From NCBI GenBank assembly GCA_949358305.1, contig OX442314.1, forward strand, positions 2,046,001-2,110,000: a stretch of 64,000 nt of DNA, in the 5' to 3' direction. The notes beneath the pieces are model-generated. The model saw only the letters and a list, made by a program, of their open reading frames with translations, made no database searches and was not told where the DNA came from. Position numbers and translations under genes: made by a program. How positions within the stretch are numbered: the stretch's first letter is position 1; each line of letters opens with the position of its first letter. Below, piece by piece: positions 39,256 through 50,847 of this stretch. This DNA is from Strigamia acuminata (taxonomy: Eukaryota).

Positions 39256-40403
39256 GCTCTGATTTCTGCGTTAAATTGTCCTCTCGTCTCTAATGGTTGT
39301 TCAACTCCATAAGTGAACAGTTTTGTCCTCACTGGTTCCAACCGCATTCCCTGTACTTTTAACAAATTCCATGTTTTTAAATCAACTACATTTACCGTCG
39401 AACCTGAGTCCAATAACACGTCCACTTTCTGGTTTCCAATCATGACTTCTACTTTGTCTTCCTTGTCGTGGGACGCCACACGGAAAACGTATTCATTGTC
39501 GTCGTCCTCCTCTCGTTCTCGAACTCCGACGTATCGTACGCGTTCCGTTCCTCTCTGGCCTCCTCGTCCTCGTGGAAATTTTAATCTGCATACCCTTTCA
39601 AAATGTCCAACTTTGTGGCAAAAACTACACTCTTTACCTTTTGCAATTTTGCAATCATTTGCAAAGTGTCCTTTCTGCCCACATCGAAAACATTCCAAAT
39701 CTGTTTTTACACCTTGTTTTGAATCTCCTTTTCCTTGTTTCCAAGTTGCTTCTTCACTTTTCCGAAAATTTCCACGGTTTTTGTTACTTCCTCGTCCTCG
39801 AAACGACGATCTCCCTCTCTCGACTCGATTCACCGTTTCTTCTTTAACTTTAACAACGTTTTCAATTTCCATGACGGTCGCGTGCCGTTCACTTGCTTCT
39901 CCCGCTCTTGCTAATTTTAATAATGACGCCAAAGTGAGCTTATCCTCCCGTAGCAGTCGTCTCCTTAGCGTCTTATCTTTCCCTTTTTCCAAAATCTGAT
40001 CCACAATTAGATCTTCCTCCAAAGCACCGTACTCACATGCTTTGACAGCGGCCTTCAACCGTGTCACGTACGTATCCATAACCTCCGTCGCTTCCTGGCT
40101 CAACTGTCTAAACGCATGTCGTTCAAAACGTAAATTTTTCCGCGGGTTGAAATACTTGGCCAACGCTTCCGTCGTCGTCTTGTACGTCTTTTTCTCATCG
40201 TCCAATAATGTGTCGTAAATATCTTGCACTTCAGTACCTGCCAAATGCAATAAAATGGCCTTTTTCTGCGCCTCATCCGTAATTGTAGACGCAGTCAAGT
40301 AGAATTCCAACGACTTCATCCATTTGGTCCACCTTTGATCCAAATTTCCCTCTGAAATTACGAATCCGCTCAGCGCTGGCAAGGTCAAACTGGACGTCGC
40401 CAT
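39177..40403 (-). CDS. gag: Gag (two CCHC knuckles) plus protease N-part of the Mag-like element
   Basis: CFRCGQKGHFANDC and CSFCHKVGHFERVC; protease LLDSGSTVNV; reading frame breaks near 39255. Confidence 0.92.
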   Translation of the reverse strand: MATSSLTLPALSGFVISEGNLDQRWTKWMKSLEFYLTASTITDEAQKKAILLHLAGTEVQDIYDTLLDDEKKTYKTTTEALAKYFNPRKNLRFERHAFRQLSQEATEVMDTYVTRLKAAVKACEYGALEEDLIVDQILEKGKDKTLRRRLLREDKLTLASLLKLARAGEASERHATVMEIENVVKVKEETVNRVERGRSSFRGRGSNKNRGNFRKSEEATWKQGKGDSKQGVKTDLECFRCGQKGHFANDCKIAKGKECSFCHKVGHFERVCRLKFPRGRGGQRGTERVRYVGVREREEDDDNEYVFRVASHDKEDKVEVMIGNQKVDVLLDSGSTVNVVDLKTWNLLKVQGMRLEPVRTKLFTYGVEQPLETRGQFNAEIRACTRSSLSCRKETCHCWGRRLHDNWS

Positions 40404-41619
40404 CTTTAAATGTCTCGGAATTCACTTTTCACTTGTGCAAAAGTCCAATTTTCACGAAAATTTCACTCCACACACACCTGCACTGTCATTAATCCTTCTC
40501 CACTGTTTTATTTCAAAGTTCGTTCAATCTCATCATCGTCGCCATTGTAGTGTTGTGGATTAATAACAGACACGCTGGCTTGCATCGATAAGAATGACCT
40601 TAGTGCACTTGCACTCATAATCATGTGCTTTAATAAGTAGTGTCGCCTGGTGGCAACATTATGCAACACAAGGTCGTTGCGTGTCTCAAGGACACTACAC
40701 TGGGATTTCCTAGATTTCGCAGGAGAATTAAATCGAATTGATCTTGATCACAAACTACAAAAATATTCAAAGCTTGAGCTCAAATTCAAATGAAAATGAG
40801 ACCACCATATTATTAAGACATGGATTAAGCCTAAAATGGAATGGAATCAAGAAATGTGGGATAAACGAATTTGCAATCCAACAGAAAAATGAATAAAAGA
40901 GAATAACAAGTCAAAATTAACTAAAATCAAACCAATCTTAATCCAGTTCCTTGGCTATATGTTGTATTTTGAGTCCAAACGAAGAAGCACAAGACCAAAT
41001 AAACAAAAATAAATGCCATTTTGGTAAAAAAAAAAGCAAAAAAAAGAGAAAAACACATTAAATTCTATCACAGTCAAAACATTAACTAAAACCAAACCGG
41101 CGGCTAGAAAAACCAAACCTCATCCTTCGGTTTTGCATCATTATCACCACGAAAACGAATGGAAACACACAAGAAAAACATCGAACCGAAAAGCAAACGA
41201 CACGAAATGGAAAGAAGAACACAAACACGTGCCGTCGCTAAGCGAAGTGGAAGCATCTCCATTGTTTGGAATCAACGTCAACAAATTGCATCATTCCCCT
41301 CTGTTAATAATAAATATTCACACCAGAGTGACTCTGCAACTCACAAGTCTGTGTGAGAAAATTTTCAATCAATTTTTTAAACCAACAAAAAAAAAAAAAT
41401 CCGCTATTGATCATCACATGTAATGGCGCGATGCCAGAAGGAAAGTCGAAAAACGAATTTTTCCTCCAACGATGATGGCCATCAAACGGTGACTCTAGCA
41501 TCGAATGACGAGCGACAATCGCCAGTGGGACGAAAGCCGCAGATACCTACGATGTGCGCAACAAATCAAATAACTCAGAAATAAACTCACTCGGTAATTA
41601 TGCACCCACTCCATTTAGG

Positions 41620-42230
41620 GACGCCGATCAAAATGTTTCTGCAAACGCGCCACGTTTTTGCTATTGCAAATAATCTCCAGCAAATCCTCGCCGCCCAACA
41701 AGTCCGCCAAGCGCTGCACGGCCGGGATGTTGAGCACGTCCATCACCATCGGCGACTTGGCCACTTTCTTCATCAGAGTCAGGAACTGCGAGCTGATGCT
41801 CTGGAAGCGCGACGTCTCTACCGGCAGCAGCGCCTTGATGAAGATCCCCTTCAAGTAGACCCAGCGTCGCTGCACGTCCATCCAGACGTCAAACAGCGCG
41901 TTGATGCAGTTCAGTTTCTCCTCCGTACGCGCAAGTGTCTATAGATGGGACGTCGATGTCGATTTGTTCGTCGATGGTGAGCAAGTCGAAGATGATCTCG
42001 GTGGACAGCACGTCTTCGCTGAACCACACCATGCCGCACCGGCTCACGGTGGCCAGGGTTGGGTAACGCAAGCCTTGCACTTCGAACAAATGCGCACGTT
42101 GGGCGGGAGGCTGAGTCGCTCGCCGTTCGGTAGCGTCACCAGTTTGTTGTCGTCCAGCACGCTGTTCAGGTTCTCCACCCACTCGGGGTCCACGTCGCAA
42201 TCGAAGATGATCCACTGTCGCTTGTTGATC
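41620..42230 (-). pseudogene. Scrambled cytoplasmic dynein heavy chain fragments
   Basis: [45 protein letters not shown] and [19 protein letters not shown] (AAA2 region), then [49 protein letters not shown] (linker region), with frameshifts and deletions. Confidence 0.9.
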
Positions 42231-42467
42231 CTAAAACAGACAAAAAACAATTGAAAAATTATGGTACCAGCGGATCCGAATTTGAGATGTCTTCCTGATC
42301 GATTTTTCATCATTGTATTGACTTTGCTACATTTTAGATGGTTTATCTTCTATTTAATATGAAATACATATTTATATAAAGAGTACATTTCAAAATAGGG
42401 TGAGTGTAATGACAAATGTATTTTGAATGTAACAATTAATAAGAGTTTACATTATTGGTTTATACTA

Positions 42468-42814
42468 CCGTCTTCACCCGAATAGTGCAGTATGGTGTTG
42501 TATTCGAATACAACACAACCCTTGTGTTGTATTCGAATATAACACCATGGTGTTATATTTCAGCAAAAGGTAGCAACTTAAATTTTTCGATTGAATGTCG
42601 TAGAAAAACGTTTTTAGATCGAATGTTGTAGAATATATGGAAGCTGATTTAAATGATAACGAAGAGGAAGATGCGTAAAATGATTAAATAAAGATTTTTC
42701 TTCTAAAATTAATATTGCTCTTGTAATTTTTAACTATTTTAGGACAAAATCTGAATTCGAATCTGAATTCGAATATAACACCATTGTGTTGTATTCGAAT
42801 ACAACACAAGGGTG
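42468..42814. mobile_element. Palindromic MITE copy (TA|CCGTCTTC end; GTGTTGTATTCGAATACAACAC subrepeats)
   Basis: Inverted subterminal blocks; homologous to 27688-28790. Confidence 0.65.
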
Positions 42815-43154
42815 TTAAATTCAATTTTTTTGACCATGTTTGCAAATTCGAAGTTTGACCCCTTGACCCCCCCCCCCCCCCGCGAACCTCACCTTAACTG
42901 GTTTTATTAATGTGAAGAGAATTGGGCATTTATTGACTCCTGATAAGTATGGGAAAGATTGTGATTGTCGCTCCCAACAATGAAAATTTGAGGATTCGCC
43001 CGTAAAGTGTAGTTCTGCCCCTAAGGGAAAGGTTTGCAATCAGCATCAACAACCTCGTGGGAGGCAATATGAGTATGAGTCCCTGTATAATTTGATATTA
43101 TTAGATTAAATTTAAATCATTTAAATTAGATGTCAACTTGGGCAACCTTCCAGC

Positions 43155-43325
43155 ACGTTGTCCTCGCCTCCGTCGAATGGAACGTCGTTCTGGCCTTCGT
43201 CGAATGGAACGTCGTTCTGACCTCCGTCGAATGGAACGTCGTTCTGGCCTCTGTCGAATGGAACGTCGTTCTGGCCTCCGTCGAATGGAACGTCGTTCTG
43301 GCCTCCGTCGAATGGAACGTCATCC
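43155..43325. repeat. 27-bp tandem repeat (CCTCCGTCGAATGGAACGTCGTTCTGG), ~6 copies
   Basis: Directly visible. Confidence 0.92.
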
Positions 43326-46300
43326 TCGACGGTTTCGTTGATCGCCAAAAATGTAAGCACTGGCACTCGCACTTTATTATATAAAGCAAGGTGCGTCATA
43401 CCATTCTAATAACATTTTTTCCCACCAGGAAATGTAGCTAAATAACCACAGATAATCTGTGGTTTGTCTGCACGGAACTCCGGGTGGACAATGGGATACG
43501 GTGATAACAATTTTTGTTGGTTTTATGTCGATTTTTTTTTGGTTTTATGTCAATATTTCGTAGTTTTCAGTCGATTTTTATTGGTTTTACCGATTTTAAT
43601 TTTTTTCATGATTTTTATTGATGTTTTTTTTGTTAATTTTTATTGGTTTTACTGATTTCAATTGGTTTCATAATTTTTATTTGTTGTTTTTTTTTGTTGA
43701 TTTTTTTAATTTGTGGTGTTTTTAATTATTTTTATCATTTGTTCCATTGGAAAATCGGCGCTGTGTCCTGACTAAACACATCATTATTTCAGAGATCCAA
43801 TAAAAATCACGTAAGAACGAGCCATTTCTATTCCATTATCACTTTATTTACACATTTTATTACAATTCAATTTAAAATTAAAAACCGAGGTGGTTCAGTT
43901 TGAGTTTTCTCTAGACCAAGACACCAGAATCGTCGAGAAGAATTATGAATTCAGCGTGCGACGGGTTTCAACAGTCAAAATTCAAGACGAATGGGAGAAA
44001 GCACGCAACGATGAAGTACGTCGATTTTAATCCTTAAACAAGTCTAAAAGTTTTTTTTATCATTTAGATTGTTTGCAAATGTCCCTAGATGGGACTTGTT
44101 GCCAGGCAGGTTTCGGCAGATTGTTTTGGGTAACGTCAATTTTGACGGGCGTTGACGTGCGCGCCTGTTTTGACTTTTGGCAACTGAATCAAAATCAAAA
44201 GCCTACATTGGGCTGAGTAAGAGATAGGTAGGTAGGTATAGGTAAAGTTAGAAGAAAATACCGCACTGACTACTTTTCTACAGTAAATTGCATTATTAGC
44301 ATTATTATTATGTGTATTATAAGCACGGTTTGCAGGGTTAGGTAATTAGAGAAGGAGTAAAATAGATAGGTAGGTAGGAAAGAGAACACAATGAGAAAAG
44401 TGGTGACAAAAAACAAACCGTTCTTGCTTTTCAGGCGTCCTCAATTTTCTGACAACGAGAATCAACCGGAAACGCCGCTTGCGGCTGTATGGCGACATCA
44501 GCAAGCCTATGCGCAGGCGCCCATTCCGGTGGTCAAGGAGAGAGACATCAATTGATTCACTTGGTCCTCCAAGTCATTCCTGAGGTATGCTCTGTAATGA
44601 AGAATGAAGATCGCCAAAATAAAATCCAAGGAAAATATCAATAGTTCCTTGACCAATTTCAATCAGATAATAAAGTAGAAAGACAAAAATCATCCTCGTC
44701 TGAAGTGGAATCCGAACCAACCCTATGATTCCAAGTACAAGTTAATAATCCTGAAGTCACAGTTAACATCTATGAAGGAGGCCAAACTTCCTTTTATTGG
44801 TTATTGGCAGCATTTACTATCATTTTGAGTATTTTGGGGGTGGTTATATGGACATTATGGAAGTCCCCGAAAAGTTCGAGCTAAATGCACGAGAAGGGAT
44901 TTAGAAAGGAAGAAGAAAGGATTTAGTTTCTCCCCAAACTAAATGTATTTGGCCAAACATACAGTAGTTTGTGGTTTCACTTAATTTATATTACTTTGTG
45001 AATAAGTTTAATTGTCATTAAGGACTTAGTTTATATTTACATTTGTGTTTTCAGTTATTGTATTCATATGTTGTTGTAAGCTTAGGAACCGAATAAGCTG
45101 ACGGTATGTATTGATTTATTTAATTAGTTTACAGTTTGGAAAATGTATTTGTAACAGCGAAAAAAAGAGAAAAAGATAAGGATGCAGAGAAACAGAGACA
45201 TAAGGAAGAGGAAGACAGGAAAAACAATACAGTAGTGGAAGAGAGTGACAAAAGTGCTATAAGCGGAAACGCAGAAAACAACGCTTTAAAATACGACGAA
45301 TACGAAAGTGCTATTAGCGACGAAAGCGGTGATCCTCCTGCTGAAAGCGAAAGCGGTGATCCTCCTGCTGACACATTATTCCAATAAGATTGTTAGTTAC
45401 TTAAGAGTTTTCTTGATGTTTGAGAACCGGGCTTACGTCCTAGCTTTGCTCCGATTGGATTTTTGTCGAGAAAAAGAGAATACATGAGATTCCAACAGTT
45501 ATTTCCTATATTTAATGTATCAATTCCTTGTAGGTTATTATATTTCTTAAGATTAACTGTGAATGCGAAAAGTGCATGGTCTGAGATAGAGTTCAATTAA
45601 ACCAGTTGAGTTATTTTTTGCCTACCAGCAACAAACATTTGTATCGCGTTAGTTTGATAGATTCTGGAAAATAATCGACACCAAACACACTGAATTCAGT
45701 GAACACTAACAAACAAATCAGATTTAAGAAAACTAATAATAACATTCTGAAAAATAAAGACAAAAAAATTAACAGCAAATCAAGAAGCGGATGCTGCTGC
45801 CACAGTCACTGAGACTGCCACTGTTGAAGCATTTTCCACACATTAATATTATAAATAAAAGATTATTCAGGCAAAATAAAAGAAGGGTGTCATCATTCAT
45901 TCACTATTTGTTGAAGAGGTTTTTCGACAGGAGTGGAAGACTTCCGGTCGAAGGTAGTGTTTTGTCGGGGAGTTTTTAATGGCATTAAGTTCATTTACAA
46001 AAAAGAAACAAAGTTTCATAAACCTATCACATCAAGAGAGTGGCTGTTGAGTTTGAGGTAATAGGTGAAATTTTTAGTTGCAGCGTATCTTATTGAAGAA
46101 GAAAGCCCAGCATACCAGGCAGCTTACTGCACGCAGTTCCCACAACTATCTATTTCGCAATTACAAAGCCATTTGGAAAGAATCTGGCGTTTGGATCTTC
46201 CTGTTAGAAATGTTACACGATATATCACCGACCATTTTCGGTATTTGCGAAACAAAGGAACAAACACATCGGTTTTATCAATGTACGAGTCTAGCAAATC

Positions 46301-49129
46301 TAATTAGAGTTATTTTGTGGAGCAAACTAATGGAGAAATCAGCAGTCTCGAGATTGAGAGCAAGGGCAAGTTTCAGCAAGAGGAAGTTGGAAAATATGTC
46401 CTGAATAAGATCCAAGAACAACAGGATACGTTAATTCATGTTTTATCAGAACAGTAAGCACACATTGCAGATGTTCGTGGCAAATCCAATAAAAAATAAG
46501 TGGAAGCAAGCAGTTTCAAGTACAAGTCAGCTGTACAAAAGAAGGTCGTGTCCAAAAATTGATAGCTTAGTAAGAGAATGGACAACATCTACCAAAATGA
46601 GAAGAACAAACGTTTAAAGGAAAAGATAGAAGAGAATCCCATTTCAAGAAACTCCCAGCATTGCACCGTGAACAATGAGGAACTGGACCTACACTGGATT
46701 GTCAGGTCATTTCTGTACAAGCCAGAAAATGCTACTAATGTGGAAAAGCTATGTGACAAGACCGTGCTAGTCAAAACCCGACTTTAAACCCAATGGGCAG
46801 GTGTGGCACTTGAAGCTAATTTCATCAAGGAAGCTTCAAATCAAATACCAAATCCATTCAAGGACATCTTCAACAAAATTTGTCAAGGCTAAATGTTATA
46901 GTGATTCTTTAGTGTCACAAAATGGAATGCACAAACAAAACAGCCAATTGTAAAAATTAAATTCTCTAATCAAATTAATACCAATCTCAGACGCCTAAGT
47001 GAATCAGTTCAATTCTGGAGTGACAAATATGCAAATCTCCGGATCAAATGTATGTTTTGTTTATCAATTTAAATCCAACAGGTGAATGAATGCTACAATC
47101 TGATCCAGAATTAATAAATCAAGACAGCTACTAACACTAAATCCTAACCCTAATGCAATTCCTCAAAATCCAATCTTGATCAAATTCTGTATGAAAAATA
47201 CTCGAGCTAAATACTGAATTTATGTCATTTTAATTCAGATTAAGATTAGGCCTAAAATGGAATCTATTGAGATCAATATTAAATAAAATCAAACCATTCC
47301 AGTTCCTTGGTTAAATTATTAAGTACGAATAAAATTCTTTAAACTTCGACTGAAAATCGAATGGAGAGGATGAATTGATTTTAGATTAGGCCTAAAATAG
47401 AATGGAACCTTATGGAGACATGAAAAAATCGAAGAAATGTTGATTAAAATCAAACCATCGACTGGAAATACAATCCTAACCCAGTTCCTCGGTTCTACAT
47501 CAATAAAATGCTGCATAAATACGGAAAAAGGAATGGAAATCCAATCCCAGAAGAAACAACCGACGAGCGAAATGGAATGGAATGTACAACACAACCACGT
47601 GACTGTTGCTATGCCGACGAAAATGCATCGCTATTGGTAGGAATCAGATAGTTAATAACACTTGTTCTCACCAGAGCGGCGCTAGTGGGACACTAATCGT
47701 AATCACTGACAGGTGAGATCGAAATTTAAATTTTCACATTCTTAAATGATGAATTAAAATTTCAAAGCGGTAATTTTAGACAAACTGTTGACAAGCCAAT
47801 TGCGAAATTCGTCGATAAAAAGAGAGGCGAAGAGGCGAAGAGGCGAAGTGGTTTACGCGCTGAAGAACTGTTGCGAATTGCGAATCGCAACCATGGACGA
47901 TGCAAACCGTCAGAATTGAAAAACAAAATCCGAAGCTGCGAATAGAGAATACGTAGCAAAAGTTGATTAACCGCAAAGTTCTTACCGGTGATTTTCGGGA
48001 AATTCCAACCTAGTTTCAATCCGTCGAGGTCGGTGAGTTGGTCACGGAATTAGCTGGTCGCTCACAAAGGCCTACATCGATCAAAGGTTGCAACAATCCT
48101 GCAGAGAATTAATTAATTTAGGCTTTTTAATTCAACTTCTTTGAATCAATTGCATTCGACATTTATCTAATGAGAATACACTAGCTTTAAGAAGAAAAAC
48201 AATCCCTATTGTCCGGTCCGTGAATGGGGTCGAAAATATCTGAGAAATAAAGAAGAATTAATTATTATTATATTTCGCTTAATTTGTTTACTAATTTGTT
48301 CGGATTACTCTACCTGTTGTTTAGCGGGAGTGGTTTGACGCAATATCCGATGTCCGACAGACGGTTAGAAGCAAATTTAGTAGAGCAAGCCATCATTTAA
48401 TGATAGTTAATCACGATATTTACTTAAGGCAATTCAACTAATCCGGTCGAATCACTTGCATTGAAACCGCCACGCACTTTATTCCTACGACATGTGGCGA
48501 GGTGACTCCGGTGCTGCGAGTCAAAAATAAGCAGAGAAAAGAATTTAAGAATTCTAATTTCTCCTTCCGTTGACGGTTTCTTACTGTTTTGGGATCTTGT
48601 CCGGCATTAGAGGGTGAGAAGAAGTTTTCAACGGTCCTGAGCGGAAGAAATCGTCTCGGTGGGCGGCCATTTTACGCACCGCAGATCCGAGGGTTTTCCC
48701 ACTGAAAATAAAGGATTCGTTTAGATCGTTGTTTGAATATTAATTATTTACTTTTGTCTAAATTACGATTAATAATAAAAACGAATTATGCCCGAACTCG
48801 AAAGATAATTTAACTCATGAGAGTAATGTCGGAAGATGGTTGTGAACCCAAGGCGGATGGATAATAATGTCTCGATTGGCTGTCTCGCGTTCACACCCGA
48901 ATTCAGTTGTTGTTATGAATTTTGCTGTTATGTTTATTGTAAAAGTTATCTGTTTGATTTATTACATCTCATTTTGTAATGAATTAATGTTATGTAAATT
49001 TTCGAATCTATTCTTTAAATTGTAAAGTAACAAACGAGGTTCATGACTTTGAACGAGTGATGCAACGTCTGCGCTATACTGCCGCACTTTTTCATCTTGA
49101 TTCGGTTTACAAGTTTGTGACGGTTACAC

Positions 49130-49998
49130 CAAGGACGACTACTCCAATGGACGGGAAACACAATGCTGTGGGGTTGGCCTATGTCTGACCAACTCCCACA
49201 ATCCTTAGCGCGATAAATTAGTACGCCACCTTGTGGTGGTAATGGTTAACAGTGTCAGCTGACATTAACAACCTAGTCAGGACAAAACAATTCATAAACT
49301 CGTGCACATTTCCAACAACAACAACAATTAGTTATTTGGTTACTTACACATCCCACAAGGTAATTAAATAGGCTTATTTATTTAAAATGTGCGCCTGTAT
49401 TTATTTATTTAATAAAAAACGAAAACTGACACAACTAAAAATGTAAACAAATATTGGATTTTGATAGACTATCTTAGTCTGGTGTCTCCATTCAAACGAG
49501 GTTGAAAATCATACATTTTGAACCACTGTTAAAGAATTTGTGTTAAATTGTACATTAATTTGCAATACACCAGTACAATATTTAATCTTTCAACTACTAA
49601 ACAAATTAAAATCAAGTAATCATATTTCATTTTTTATTTAAGTCTTCAATGCAAAACATTTACGATCGAACGCACATGTCCGTACCGACAATTACGTGCT
49701 GCACGCTTAAAAATATAACAATATCATTAAGATTTCATTTTTAATAATACCAGTACATTAATAATGCCTTACTTAACAATATTATCACTTACTTTTATTT
49801 ATTAGAAGGCCTGTTTTCTTAGATTGGATTGCAAAACTTTACAATCACTTGGGAGAACTTAGAGTGGAAATTGCAAATGGCTGCCAATCTAGTTCGAAAA
49901 TACACCCCTGAAAATCGCGCTAAGGATTGTGGGAGTTGGTCAGACATAGGCCAACCCCACAGCATTGTGTTTCCCGTCCATTGGAGTAGTCGTCCTTG
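49130..49998. mobile_element. MITE with 85-bp perfect TIRs inserted in the 5' LTR, probably P-element superfamily
   Basis: GTTACAC|CAAGGACGAC...GTCGTCCTTG|GTTACAC, absent from the 3' LTR. CAAGG..CCTTG ends with a 7-bp TSD fit P-like elements, though 5-bp or 3-bp TSD registers are also formally possible. Confidence 0.88.
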
Positions 49999-50539
49999 GT
50001 TACACTGTCATACACTTTGTTAGTATAGGACGATTACTTCACCAATAGATGGCGCTGATACGTTTTAGCGGTAATTTCAAATTTCGACAATTTTTGAATG
50101 AATAAAATATAAATTACTATTTATATTTTATTCCACTGCGACTTTATACACTTTTAAATACTTTTGGATGTTTTAATACTAGTTGATTTATTTGTCACAT
50201 AATTCTATTGAATTATGTGCAAACTTTACACCTGGTGAAGTCACCCTTCATCACCCACTGTGAGTTGGACTCCTTTTGGATTATAGTCAAAGGGACTTAA
50301 TCCAAAATGTGTCCTGCGTATCCAGTTCCTGTTTGGACCTAGTAGAAGACTATGTCCTGAGTATCCACTTCCTATGACCTAGGATTGGATGGATTTGACT
50401 GCCCAGTGATCCCATTGGATCACTGAACAGCTATTCTCCTCACCGAGTATATATCCCCCTGCAAAACGGATATAGCTCGCTCTTGTTCTTGTTTTGTTTG
50501 ATACTGATATTACTTGAGCACATATTATACTTCTCTGCG

Positions 50540-50847
50540 TTCCGACAATCCGTTGTAGAAATACTTTGTATTTAGTGTAAGTATCTAGAGTGAGTAGAAG
50601 ACTCACAGACACACTGCCCGCCTCTTCATGCCAACATTCCGTTGTAGAAATGTAGTAACTAGAGTGAGTAATTCACAGACACATTTAAGTGTAGTATCTA
50701 GAGTGGGGTACAACCCACAGACGCACTCCCTCCAGCTTCATGCCAACATTCCGTTGTAGAGTGCAGAATCTAGAGTGGAGTAAAATTCACAGACGCATTG
50801 GTAATGTAGAATCTAGAGTGGAGTATTTATATTTCACAGACGCATTA
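50540..50847 (+). promoter_or_regulatory. Array of structured RNA-like hairpins in the 5' LTR (five bulged stem-loops plus three CAAC-ATTCC-GTTG-type hairpins)
   Basis: Units 50574-50615, 50648-50686, 50688-50727, 50760-50799, 50802-50847 share TGY-AGWA-TCT-AGA-GTG...CAC-AGAC-RCA (minor variants in units 1-2) with covarying stems. Confidence 0.75.

Larger units (their letters stand above)
35940..40699 (-). mobile_element. Full-length Gypsy LTR retrotransposon, Mag-like
   Basis: Identical 154-bp LTRs (35940-36093, 40546-40699; TGTAGTG...CACTACA); 5-bp TSD CTGGG; PBS TGGCGACGATGATGAGATT (40544-40526, tRNA-Ser(GCU)-like); PPT GAAAAGAAAAGAGAATGA (36111-36094). Confidence 0.97.

Noticed and set aside
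41490..41540. Hammerhead-like words TGACGAG...GGGACGAAA
   Set aside because: The core C of CUGANGA is missing and the stems do not close correctly.
43126..43399. Repeat-peptide ORFs (TFHSTEART, DVPFDGGQN)
   Set aside because: Open in several frames because of a 27-bp tandem repeat; no independent support for coding.
43900..49100. Exon-like patches and short ORFs (e.g. 45136-45387, 46065-46307)
   Set aside because: Splice-like signals exist, but I could not assemble a frame or recognise a family; left unannotated.
50540..50847. CRISPR-like repeat-spacer array, or a known self-cleaving ribozyme
   Set aside because: Eukaryotic LTR context, no cas genes, and the variable parts are only short hairpin loops. 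I see no hammerhead (CUGANGA/GAAA) or other ribozyme core I recognise.
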